Below, piece after piece: positions 52,381-61,512 of a stretch of DNA of 64,000 nucleotides; position 1 is the stretch's first letter, and every line of letters starts with the position of its first letter. Both the position numbers and the translations under genes were made by a program. The DNA comes from Candidatus Thorarchaeota archaeon. GTDB lineage: Archaea; Asgardarchaeota; Thorarchaeia; Thorarchaeales; Thorarchaeaceae. The stretch spans positions 128,001 through 192,000 of the forward strand of contig JAGSHN010000025.1 of the NCBI GenBank assembly GCA_029855935.1, written 5' to 3'. The notes under the pieces were generated by a model. That model did no database searches. It had not been told where the DNA came from and worked only from the letters and a program-made list of their open reading frames with translations.

Positions 52381-53592
52381 TTGGACGCAAAGAGCTTGTA
52401 CATCATAAAGAGAGAGAGTGGCGTGTGCCTTTATCACCGCGACTTCAAGGAGCCTATGTTCGATCCACACCTCATATCCTCATTCATCGCTGCGATGACC
52501 TCTTTCTTCACGGAGTCAAACTACTCCGTGATGTCGACAGCACGTGCGTTCGAAGGGGCCGACTACAAGATCGTTCTAGAGTTTGGAGAGTGGACCGTCG
52601 GAGCGCTGGTTGTGAACAAGGACACTGAGGCGCTCCGCGAGAAACTCAGGGCAATCATCCAGGAGTTTGAGAAGCAGTTCTCCATTCTGCGCTACATTGA
52701 CCTTGACCTTGCAGTCTACACCAGGTTTGAGAAGACTGTGATGAGCGAGTTCATCTTCAACGAGATCACGCCAGAGACAATCATCCGCAAGAAGTTGAAC
52801 TGGGACCTTATCACGGACAATCCCGACGTGAGGTCTTTCCTGCAGCTCCTGCCAGAGAAATGCTCCGTGAGGGACGCGGCTGAGTTTCTTGAGATGCCCG
52901 TGGAGGTTGCAATGAAGCTGACGGCTGAGGCCCTGTGGGAGAGAGCTATCACAGTCTCAGAGCCAGTCCGACCCGACGACATATTCTCAGCGACAGTGCG
53001 CGGCCTCATAGGCGGGCAGACGGATGACGTTTCTCCGGACACCGCCCGTGCCATCAGGGAGCTCGATGGTGAGACACCTCTGGCCATCGCGGCAGAGAGG
53101 GTGAAGACTTCTGATCTTCAGAGGTTCCTCGAGGAGGTCGCAATGCTCGCACGCCGGAGAGCCATTGAGAGAGTCTCGCCATCGCAGACAGCCATGATAC
53201 TGTGGACCTCTCTCATTCAGCAGCTGCTCAACATCGGTGCCAAGATTCTTGGTACTGAGAGAACAGCCCGCGTGTTCACCGAGGCGCGTCGCGAACTGCT
53301 GGGCGTCTATCCGTGGCTGGCCTTTGTAGACCTTGAGAGAGAAGTCGATGTCGACATTCGAAGTGGCCTGATTGCCTCTGCTGTGAAGGGAGAGATCTCA
53401 CCAGTGATAGTCAATGACGGGTTCAGGGCATTGACGCAGTTCTTCACAAAGCGGCTGAGTAGGTATGTGAATATGAAACGGGTCAATGAGGCTATTCTCA
53501 CCGTGAAGGACACAATGGAGAAGGAATTTCCGACACGGTGCTACGACATCGAGTGGGAACTCCTCAAGGTGAGCGAGGAGTCCGTCATCTAA
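52381..53592 (+). CDS. Longin-domain protein with tandem winged-helix-like and helical C-terminal domains
   Basis: LYIIKRESGVCLYHRDF...DPHLISSFIAAMTSF (longin); TTG start after GGAGG; the ORF is open back to 52285. Confidence 0.7.
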   Translation: MDAKSLYIIKRESGVCLYHRDFKEPMFDPHLISSFIAAMTSFFTESNYSVMSTARAFEGADYKIVLEFGEWTVGALVVNKDTEALREKLRAIIQEFEKQFSILRYIDLDLAVYTRFEKTVMSEFIFNEITPETIIRKKLNWDLITDNPDVRSFLQLLPEKCSVRDAAEFLEMPVEVAMKLTAEALWERAITVSEPVRPDDIFSATVRGLIGGQTDDVSPDTARAIRELDGETPLAIAAERVKTSDLQRFLEEVAMLARRRAIERVSPSQTAMILWTSLIQQLLNIGAKILGTERTARVFTEARRELLGVYPWLAFVDLEREVDVDIRSGLIASAVKGEISPVIVNDGFRALTQFFTKRLSRYVNMKRVNEAILTVKDTMEKEFPTRCYDIEWELLKVSEESVI

Positions 53593-53740
53593 ATCGTAAG
53601 TGTCATATCCCACAATGCGCTTGAGACGTCTGTCTCTTCACACCTAGGGGGCCCAGAGCCTGACTGAGAGAAGAACTCCACAAGTCATCGCCTACGTCGC
53701 AATTGCCATCATCGTGCCAGTTGTGGGCGGGCTCCTCCAA

Positions 53741-54424
53741 ATGACCGGGCTCACCAGCGTGCTCCTCCTCTTGATAATCGTTCTTGGCCCGGCCATCGCC
53801 ACCATAACAGGGGCTCTCGGAATAAGGAGATATGCACGAGGAGGGTTCGTCGGACACGATCAGTTCACCGCAATGAATCTACTCGTTGCACTGGGCGTCG
53901 GTGTACTGGTACTCCCTGAGATCCTTGCCTCAATCATCACTATCGTGCCCTCAGCGACAAGTGACGTGATGGTTGTCATGTTGCTTCAGTTCCCGGGCGT
54001 TATCCTGTGGACACTTGGAACGATGAGCTACTACAGTGCTGCCATTAGCGCCCTGAAACGTCGTAGCGTCCGTGGGGACATAGCGACGATGATTGTTGTG
54101 GCAGCGATCGTGACTGTGACTCCTACTTGGCTATCTGTCGACTCTCCTGCGTCAAGAGATGTCATTCGAGCACTGGCCTACTTTCCCACAACAACAGCAC
54201 TCGGTGCCACAGTCATTGCACTGGCTGCTCTTGCATGGTCATTCAGAGGGGGGAGGATTGGAATCTTCATCATTGTCCTCTTGGCCGGCATGATAGTCTA
54301 TCTGGTCCAGAGCCTGATGTGGGGGGCGCTCGGCATACTCCCAACAGACATCATCACACGTCTTCTCTCAGTCGAGGCATACGTTCTGCTGGGGCTAACA
54401 CAGAGCATCGAGGAGACTCTCTGA
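53741..54424 (+). CDS. Hypothetical membrane protein (about 7 TM)
   Basis: Seven hydrophobic segments; co-oriented with the longin gene. Confidence 0.6.
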   Translation: MTGLTSVLLLLIIVLGPAIATITGALGIRRYARGGFVGHDQFTAMNLLVALGVGVLVLPEILASIITIVPSATSDVMVVMLLQFPGVILWTLGTMSYYSAAISALKRRSVRGDIATMIVVAAIVTVTPTWLSVDSPASRDVIRALAYFPTTTALGATVIALAALAWSFRGGRIGIFIIVLLAGMIVYLVQSLMWGALGILPTDIITRLLSVEAYVLLGLTQSIEETL

Positions 54425-54429
54425 CCGAC

Positions 54430-56409
54430 CTAGTGGGACGGAGGACCGCGACCACGTCCGGTGCCGCGCATTGGTGGACCTCCAGCATGTCCTCTGCGAG
54501 CACCAAGGCGATGTGGAGATACGGGCGGGCCACCTGGGCCGTGCTCGACCGCTGCCTCTCGCTGAACCTCCTGTTGAGCCACCTCCACGACCTCCTCACT
54601 GATCTCCTCTACACCCTGATGCGCATAGTACGTGTCGTACAGGCGCTTGAAGATTCCGCCCGCGGCCAGTAGCTCCTCGACCGTTCCCTGCTCCACCAGA
54701 CGGCCGTGGTCAAAGACAAAGATCCGTGAGGCATTGACAATCGTTGTCAGCCTATGAGCAATGACCACCGTGGTCCTTCCTGCAAACAGGCGCTGTTGCG
54801 CCTCCTGAACCAGTGCCTCGCTGTACGCATCGAGACGACTTGTGGCCTCATCAAGAATCAGTATGCGCGGGTTGGCAAGCATCGTCCTTGCAATGGTAAT
54901 CATCTGCCTTTGACCAGCGCTCAGGTTCTTCCCGTTCTCCACAACGCGAGTGTTGTAGCCGTCAGCCAGCACTTCAATGAACTCGTCAGCACCTATGAGG
55001 CGACACAGCTCGACAATCTCCTCGTCCGTGGCGTCCTCGCGGCCATAGCGGATATTCTCGATTATTGTGCCGTCGAACAGATATGGCTCCTGCGAGACGA
55101 GCGACACAACCCTGTGAAGAGACTCCAGGGTCACGTGCCTTATGTCCTGATCGCCGATGAGGACGCGCCCCTCCTGCGGGTCGTAGAACCTGTTTATCAG
55201 AGCGGCCACAGTGGTCTTGCCCGCGCCCGTGTGACCCACAAGCGCGACCGTCTCACCGGGCATCACCCTGAAGCTCACGTCCTTCAGAACCTCAGTTCCC
55301 TCAACGTAGGAGAAGGTCACGTGGTCAAAGGCTATCCCGTCGCTGTCCTCGCGGAGTGGTACGGCATCAGGAAGGTCTCTGACGGAGGGCTTCGCCTCCA
55401 AGACATCCGAAACACGGTCCATCGCAGCAAGCGACGCCTGCACCTGGGATGCCATCATCGTGAGCATCAGTAGCGGCCAGAGGAACTGTCGCGTCAGCAT
55501 AATGCCCATGAAGACCTCACCAAGCGTCATCACCGGAGCAGCGCCCACAGCAAGAGAACCACCAACAAAGAGGAGTGCAGCAATGACGAGAGAGCCAATG
55601 CCACGCATCAGGGGCTGCATCGATGTCATCAGGACCATCATTCTCTTGCCGTAGTTGTACGCCTTCTGGTTGAGGCGACAGAGAGTCTCAGCAAGCTCCT
55701 TCTCACGATTGAATGACTTTGCGACGTGTATGCCGCTGAGCGACTCGGCAATCTGTCCAGAGACCTGTCCGGTGGCCCTCTGTGAGGCGAGCATAAACTT
55801 CTGACCGACCGTGCCAAACAACAGTGCTATGAGCGCAATACCCGGTACGATGAGCAGGGATGTCAGAGCGACCATCTCTGAGGTGATCCAGAGAAGCGTG
55901 AACGACACTGCCAGCATCAGTACCTGCCCCGCAAAGTCTATGATCATCTGCACACCTGTTGCCAGAGACACTGTGTCAGATGTGACACGCGAGGTGACGT
56001 TGCCGCTCTGTTCCCTCTTGTGATAGAGCAGGTCGGCGTCGACCAGATGGTCGTAGACATCCTGTTGGACCGACTGGACGAACCCCGCCTGCGCACCTGA
56101 CAGTATCCACGTGTAGGCGCCCATCAGTGCCCACGCTGCAACGCGTAATCCGATATACAGCAGTGTCAGAAACACAACACCGTCCAACGCGCCACCGTAG
56201 AAGGCGAGGTCTATGCCACGTGCTATCACAAGAGGCGATACTGCGCTCATCACTGTGGCCAATAGTGACAGGACCGCACCGACAGCCACTATTCTCTTGA
56301 ATGGACCGAAGTATCCAAACATCCGTCTCAGCAGGACTCGCACTGGGCGGCTCGGCTTCTGACGCCTCATCGCAAGGGCCCGTGGACCACCGTGACCTCT
56401 CATTGCCAT
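54430..56409 (-). CDS. ABC exporter permease/ATPase, consensus-catalytic half of a heterodimer
   Basis: 6-TM domain + GHTGAGKT, LSAGQRQ, ILDEATS, AHRL. Confidence 0.92.
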   Translation of the reverse strand: MAMRGHGGPRALAMRRQKPSRPVRVLLRRMFGYFGPFKRIVAVGAVLSLLATVMSAVSPLVIARGIDLAFYGGALDGVVFLTLLYIGLRVAAWALMGAYTWILSGAQAGFVQSVQQDVYDHLVDADLLYHKREQSGNVTSRVTSDTVSLATGVQMIIDFAGQVLMLAVSFTLLWITSEMVALTSLLIVPGIALIALLFGTVGQKFMLASQRATGQVSGQIAESLSGIHVAKSFNREKELAETLCRLNQKAYNYGKRMMVLMTSMQPLMRGIGSLVIAALLFVGGSLAVGAAPVMTLGEVFMGIMLTRQFLWPLLMLTMMASQVQASLAAMDRVSDVLEAKPSVRDLPDAVPLREDSDGIAFDHVTFSYVEGTEVLKDVSFRVMPGETVALVGHTGAGKTTVAALINRFYDPQEGRVLIGDQDIRHVTLESLHRVVSLVSQEPYLFDGTIIENIRYGREDATDEEIVELCRLIGADEFIEVLADGYNTRVVENGKNLSAGQRQMITIARTMLANPRILILDEATSRLDAYSEALVQEAQQRLFAGRTTVVIAHRLTTIVNASRIFVFDHGRLVEQGTVEELLAAGGIFKRLYDTYYAHQGVEEISEEVVEVAQQEVQREAAVEHGPGGPPVSPHRLGARRGHAGGPPMRGTGRGRGPPSH

Positions 56410-56410
56410 C

Positions 56411-58264
56411 TTACAGTGCACCTCCTGATACACTGGCTCCCGCCAGCAGTCGCTCAGCACCAGGCAGACGCTCGAAGATTCGCCGGTAGTGCTCCGACGT
56501 CTCCACGAGCTCACTGTGAGGACCGACTGCGACAACTCGTCCGCGGTCAACAATGACTATGAGATCCGACTCCAGGAGGGTGCGCAGTCGCTGTGTGACC
56601 GTGATACTAGTGCGCCCCTCCATCACCTTGTCGAGAGCCTTTCGCAGATAGTACTCCGTCTGAGCGTCAACAGCACTGACGGAATCGTCGAGAAGGAGAA
56701 TCTTCGGGTCCTGAATGATAGCACGTGCGATGGCAAGGCGCTGACGCTGACCACCGCTCAGTGTCATCCCTCTCTCACCAATGACCGTGTTGTAACTCTC
56801 AGGGAGCTGAACGATAAACTCGTGGGCCTGAGCCTGCTTCGCTGCCTCCACTATCTCCTCGTCGGTCGCGTCGGGCCGTCCGAACGCGATATTCTCTCGT
56901 ATCGTCCCCCGGAACAGAAAGATGTCCTGTTCGACCAGTGCCACAGCATCCCTGACCCTCTTTGTGCTGACGCGCCTCAGGTCTACACCACCAATCCTTA
57001 TGCACCCCTCCGTCGGGTCATAGAAGCGCAACAAGAGCTTGAGGATTGTACTCTTCCCGCCCCCGGGGCCACCTATCAGGGCCACCCGTGAGCCCCCGGG
57101 GATTCGGACTGTTATGTCCCGAAGGGCGTAGTGATTGTTCTTTGTATTGGGGTATCTAAAGCTCACATGGTCAAAGACTATGTCGCCAAGCCAGTCAACC
57201 TCAGGCTCGTCCTCCTCGTGAGGCTCGATGAGAGGATCTTCCCAGTTCAGAATGTCCACAATCCGCTGAGCATTGACGTACCCGCCGCGCAGCATCAGCA
57301 ACATTCGTGGCAGCTGAAAGTTGAGAAACTCAAGAGATAGTATTAGACCCAGGATTGACACGAGAGAGCCCACGGTCATCCTTCCAAGCAGCACTGCATA
57401 CGCACCATAGGCAAACGCAGCAGCGACCATAGAGATGAATATCAACACAGGGAGGTAGAAGGCCGCCAGTCGCCCCTCCCGTGCCACAAGCTGTGCATAT
57501 TTCGTGCTGACGTTCCTGAACTTCTTCTTCTCTCGCTCCTCAGCGCCGAATGCCCTCACCACCTCGATACCAGTGAACACTCCCTGAGCAACTGACGTCA
57601 GCTGCTCCATCCACTCCGATCGAGCGCGCCTCACAGGCTCAATTGTCTTGGCGTACCTGTAGGCAAAAAACAGGTAGAGCGGAGAGCCTATGCCAAGAAT
57701 GAGCGTGATCATTGGCAGGTTGACTCCCCAGACCGTCACAATGCCAAGAACCTCAGGGCTCGTGTCATAGGGAATGAGCAGAATGATTGTGACGGCCATC
57801 GAAGATAGGCCAGCCACGACGTTTCTCAGAGCAGGATTGATGGAAAAGCGGACCCAGCTGATGTCCTGCATCGCCACAGAGAGCAGCCTCTTGCTGTCAA
57901 TGGAATCGTGAAACGCCATACTGAAGTCCTGGAGACGCTCAACAAAGTCCTGTCGGGCATCTCGTTCCCATCTGAGTGTGACGATTGCCCAAGAATAGCC
58001 GACGAGAAAGTAGGAGAGCATATAGACGATAGAGATCACCACTATCAGCTCGGTGAGGCTGATGAACTCTGGCGACAGTCCTGAGGCCACAAGGACATCC
58101 ATGGCATCACCCACCAGAACGTTGGGGATGGTGAGCAGATAGGACGACACGAATGTCAGTAGCGTGGCACCGACTATCACAGCCTTGTTGCGGAGCAAGC
58201 TGCTGAGCATATATCTCGTGGCCGTTGCACGATGGCTGGCAGCACCGTTCTCGCTTCTTGACAC
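56411..58264 (-). CDS. ABC exporter permease/ATPase, degenerate half of a heterodimer
   Basis: GGPGGGKS, LSGGQRQ, LLDDSVS (E to D), TQRL (H to Q). Confidence 0.92.
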   Translation of the reverse strand: MSRSENGAASHRATATRYMLSSLLRNKAVIVGATLLTFVSSYLLTIPNVLVGDAMDVLVASGLSPEFISLTELIVVISIVYMLSYFLVGYSWAIVTLRWERDARQDFVERLQDFSMAFHDSIDSKRLLSVAMQDISWVRFSINPALRNVVAGLSSMAVTIILLIPYDTSPEVLGIVTVWGVNLPMITLILGIGSPLYLFFAYRYAKTIEPVRRARSEWMEQLTSVAQGVFTGIEVVRAFGAEEREKKKFRNVSTKYAQLVAREGRLAAFYLPVLIFISMVAAAFAYGAYAVLLGRMTVGSLVSILGLILSLEFLNFQLPRMLLMLRGGYVNAQRIVDILNWEDPLIEPHEEDEPEVDWLGDIVFDHVSFRYPNTKNNHYALRDITVRIPGGSRVALIGGPGGGKSTILKLLLRFYDPTEGCIRIGGVDLRRVSTKRVRDAVALVEQDIFLFRGTIRENIAFGRPDATDEEIVEAAKQAQAHEFIVQLPESYNTVIGERGMTLSGGQRQRLAIARAIIQDPKILLLDDSVSAVDAQTEYYLRKALDKVMEGRTSITVTQRLRTLLESDLIVIVDRGRVVAVGPHSELVETSEHYRRIFERLPGAERLLAGASVSGGAL

Positions 58265-58265
58265 C

Positions 58266-58817
58266 TCAATCGACCTCCACGTCTACGCCGCTCTCAAGCC
58301 GTTTGAGAATCTCGTCAATCCTCTCACGTGCCGTCCTGAGATATCTGACAAGACGTTCTCTGTCACGTGCGCGAAGCTCGTCCGTCAGCGAACCGACGCA
58401 GTCGATGAGAGTGACCAGCGCATCCCGATAGAGGGAGACTTGATCACGCGGGTCGAGAATGAGGCCCCATATCCGGGGCAACATCTTCGCCTTGCTCCTG
58501 AACATCCGCTGATGGACCCTGTAGGCCGAGAGCGTCTGCCGACCAAGGTCTGTCAGGCGGTAGGTCTTCGTCCGTCCCTCGCGTGCGACAGCCTCAATCC
58601 ATCCCAGTTCCTCCATCTGGGAGAGAAGAGGATAGATTGACCCCGGACTGGGACGCCACGCACCTCCGCTCTGCTGTTCGAGCGTGTCCATGATGTCCAT
58701 TCCCGACATCTCATTGTCACGTAGGAGACGTGCAATGGCGAGCTTGAGCAGCCCGCGTGGAATCGAATGCAGACGGATGTGCTCCGACCTGCCTCTCTGG
58801 GTCGACCCTGCGCACAT
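58266..58817 (-). CDS. PadR-family transcriptional regulator
   Basis: WRPSPGSIYPLL..MEE.GWI...KTYRLTDLG. Confidence 0.9.
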   Translation of the reverse strand: MCAGSTQRGRSEHIRLHSIPRGLLKLAIARLLRDNEMSGMDIMDTLEQQSGGAWRPSPGSIYPLLSQMEELGWIEAVAREGRTKTYRLTDLGRQTLSAYRVHQRMFRSKAKMLPRIWGLILDPRDQVSLYRDALVTLIDCVGSLTDELRARDRERLVRYLRTARERIDEILKRLESGVDVEVD

Positions 58818-58833
58818 ATCATCAACTCATCTC

Positions 58834-58873
58834 ATATCGAATACGATATTTGAATCGATATCGAATGCGATAT
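58834..58873. promoter_or_regulatory. Tandem palindromic operator ATATCG-N4-CGATAT (x2) at the padR promoter
   Basis: ATATCGAATACGATAT 58834-58849 and ATATCGAATGCGATAT 58858-58873; overlaps minus-strand TTTATA at 58871-58876. Confidence 0.75.
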
Positions 58874-58992
58874 AAATGAATCGGCGGCTGCAACGGGGCC
58901 GAAGAGCACTCTGGAGCAAGCAGCCCGATGCGACTGACCCTCACGACAAGCTTGATAAGAAGACATCAGAGGGTTGCAGAGAACACCGGAGG

Positions 58993-60840
58993 ATGTCACC
59001 TTTGGGCGAGAAGGCCAAGGTCAAGGAGACGGTGCGGCTCTATACGAAGTTATGGCAGTTGCCCTCCTTCGCGGGCATAGTGGCACGACTCGCTATGGCC
59101 CTCCTCGTGGTCAGTGTCCCCATCGCCATCATCAAGACGTTCCCAAGTCTTGGTCTTGAGACTGCGAACGCATTTGCAGAGTATTGTCTCCTCTTTGCGA
59201 TCCCCATTGGTGTTGGGGTGGGCGGCCTCTACCTGACGGTACGACAGCCGGGCTCGCCGCTTGACCTCCGGAGGACGACAGGAGCATCTCTCGTAGCCTT
59301 TGCAGTCTGGCTCATCCTCTCTGCGATAGGTGTGGTCGTGGATGCTGCTGCAGGAACGCAGTACTTCGAGAGCAGGCTCGTCCTGGCAGGGATGGCGCTG
59401 TCGTTCTTTGCTCTGAGTTTCTTGGTCACGGGGCTCAGCACTCTGCATCCGCTGCGGCACTTTGTCGGGACCCTCTTTGCACCAGCCCTTCTGCTACTCA
59501 TGTATGTGGCAGTGACGTGGACCTATGTGCAGCAGCCGTCCGCCACGAGTGACATCGTGCTCGTCGCGCTGGTCGTGGTGGGAGCAATGTCCGTGCGTCA
59601 CATCTTCCGCTCTGTGTCAATGCCGTTTGAGAGAGACCTTGGTATCAATGGTCCCGCTCTCCTCAGGGCGTTCGGTTACTCCTATCTGGTCGACAACCCG
59701 CGACCGTTCGAAGAGATAATGACCCAGATTGCCGAGCAACAGGATGTCCCGATAGAGGTCATCGTGATTCGAGATGCCGACGGCCTCAAGGCGATAGGGG
59801 CAATACTGTACGTCCATCCGGGACCGTTCAGAAACATTGGTAGCAGTGCTCTTCCGGCAACCCTGATTGAACATCTGGAGGACAAGTACGGTGTCACCGC
59901 GTTCGTCCTCCACGGGACCTGCACGCATCACCAGAACCTCACAACAAAGGAGGACTATGGTCCGGTCCTCAAGGAGCTTGATAGGCTGATCGACGAGGCT
60001 AGGACGACTGATCTCGCCTCTGGTCCGCACTGGTCGAACAATGGTCGGTTCAAGGCATGGACGCTCTTTGTAGATGATGACGTGCTTGTGATCACAACGA
60101 GTGCACCACACTACACCGATGACATTGCCCTTGAGGTGGGCAAGAGGGCGGCAATGGCCGTACGTGACAGGAACCCCGGGATCAGAAACGTGGCGATAGT
60201 TGATGCACACAATAGCATCGGCCATGACGCGGTCTCAGTGATGCCCGACGACCCTGATGCAGAGGAGTATGTCGGGACCGTGGCCGGAGCCGTGTTTGCG
60301 ACTGCCAGTGCCGAGAAGGGCCCGGTGTCCGTTGGGGTCTACAGGACCGTGCCTGAGGGGCTTGGTATCCCTGATGGCATAGGTCCTGGTGGCATCGCTG
60401 TGATCGTGATCAGATCCTCGGTGGGCGAGACCGCTATCGTGTCTGTGGACGGCAACAACGTAGAGCCCGGATTCAGGGAGGAGGTGATCAGCCTCTTGAG
60501 AGGACAGGGATTTGACCAAGTGGAGATAACCACGACAGACACGCACATCGTGAATGCAGTCTCACTATCTCACAGCGGATACCCACCAGTGGGTCGCGAA
60601 CGACGAGAGGATGTCCTGGAGGCAATAGGGGTGGCTGCTGTAAAGGCCAGAGAACGTGTCACGGAGGCGGAGATGGGGCTGGCATTCGGTGAGGTGAGGG
60701 GCATCAGGACGTTCGGGGAGAGAGGTTTTGACACGTTGACACAGGATGTCGCCGAGGCAACAGAGATTGCCAAGAGAGTAGGACTGAGGACGTCTGGCCT
60801 GTTTGCGCTGTTCACTCTATTGCTCTCACTTCTGCTGTAG
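58993..60840 (+). CDS. DUF2070-family membrane protein
   Basis: N-terminal TMs; VHPGPFRNIGS, HGTCTH, VDAHN, DGNN, TTDTH. Confidence 0.85.
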   Translation: MSPLGEKAKVKETVRLYTKLWQLPSFAGIVARLAMALLVVSVPIAIIKTFPSLGLETANAFAEYCLLFAIPIGVGVGGLYLTVRQPGSPLDLRRTTGASLVAFAVWLILSAIGVVVDAAAGTQYFESRLVLAGMALSFFALSFLVTGLSTLHPLRHFVGTLFAPALLLLMYVAVTWTYVQQPSATSDIVLVALVVVGAMSVRHIFRSVSMPFERDLGINGPALLRAFGYSYLVDNPRPFEEIMTQIAEQQDVPIEVIVIRDADGLKAIGAILYVHPGPFRNIGSSALPATLIEHLEDKYGVTAFVLHGTCTHHQNLTTKEDYGPVLKELDRLIDEARTTDLASGPHWSNNGRFKAWTLFVDDDVLVITTSAPHYTDDIALEVGKRAAMAVRDRNPGIRNVAIVDAHNSIGHDAVSVMPDDPDAEEYVGTVAGAVFATASAEKGPVSVGVYRTVPEGLGIPDGIGPGGIAVIVIRSSVGETAIVSVDGNNVEPGFREEVISLLRGQGFDQVEITTTDTHIVNAVSLSHSGYPPVGRERREDVLEAIGVAAVKARERVTEAEMGLAFGEVRGIRTFGERGFDTLTQDVAEATEIAKRVGLRTSGLFALFTLLLSLLL

Positions 60841-60898
60841 GACCAGATGGAACGACTTATTCGGTACAAGGGCTACTCTGACGAGATGTGGATGTGAT

Positions 60899-61486
60899 AT
60901 GTCCCGGAAGAGGTTCCTTGTCTGCATCACTGGAGCAAGCGGCGCGGTGTACGGCCTCAGGACTGTGAGAGCACTGCGAGAGCAGGGCCACTCTGTTCAT
61001 CTTGTTGTGACTAGGTGGGGCGCCAAGACCCTAGAGTACGAGACTGGAGTGACTGCGTCGGAGCTTGCGAGAGAGGTCGAGAGAGTCTATGATGAGGACG
61101 ACCTCTCAGCACCTCCTGCCTCGGGCAGCTTCCGTCCTGACGGGGTGGTGGTCGTGCCCTGCTCGATGAAGACCCTATCCGCTGTCGCCGCCGGTCTTGC
61201 AGACAACCTCGTTGTCAGAGCAGCAGACTGTACGCTCAAGGAACGACGACCGCTCATCCTCGTCGTGAGGGAGATGCCCTACAACCTCGTTCACCTGAGG
61301 AACATGGTCAGTGCCGCAGAGGCGGGGGCGATGGTCCTACCTGCGAGTCCGGCGTTCTGGCACAGGCCTAGGACGATAGACGACCTCGTGGACTCCGTCG
61401 TGGACAGGATACTGGCCCTGCTCAATGCCGGCAGCCTGCTGAATGCCACGTGGGGGGAAGGCGGGTACACGCTCGGTCAGGAATAA
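60899..61486 (+). CDS. ubiX: Flavin prenyltransferase UbiX
   Basis: ITGASGAVYG, ASGS, PCSMKTL, RAADCTLKERRPL, REMP, PAFWHRP. Confidence 0.93.
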   Translation: MSRKRFLVCITGASGAVYGLRTVRALREQGHSVHLVVTRWGAKTLEYETGVTASELAREVERVYDEDDLSAPPASGSFRPDGVVVVPCSMKTLSAVAAGLADNLVVRAADCTLKERRPLILVVREMPYNLVHLRNMVSAAEAGAMVLPASPAFWHRPRTIDDLVDSVVDRILALLNAGSLLNATWGEGGYTLGQE

Positions 61487-61512
61487 GCAGAGACGTGAGC
61501 GGCCGGGATAGC

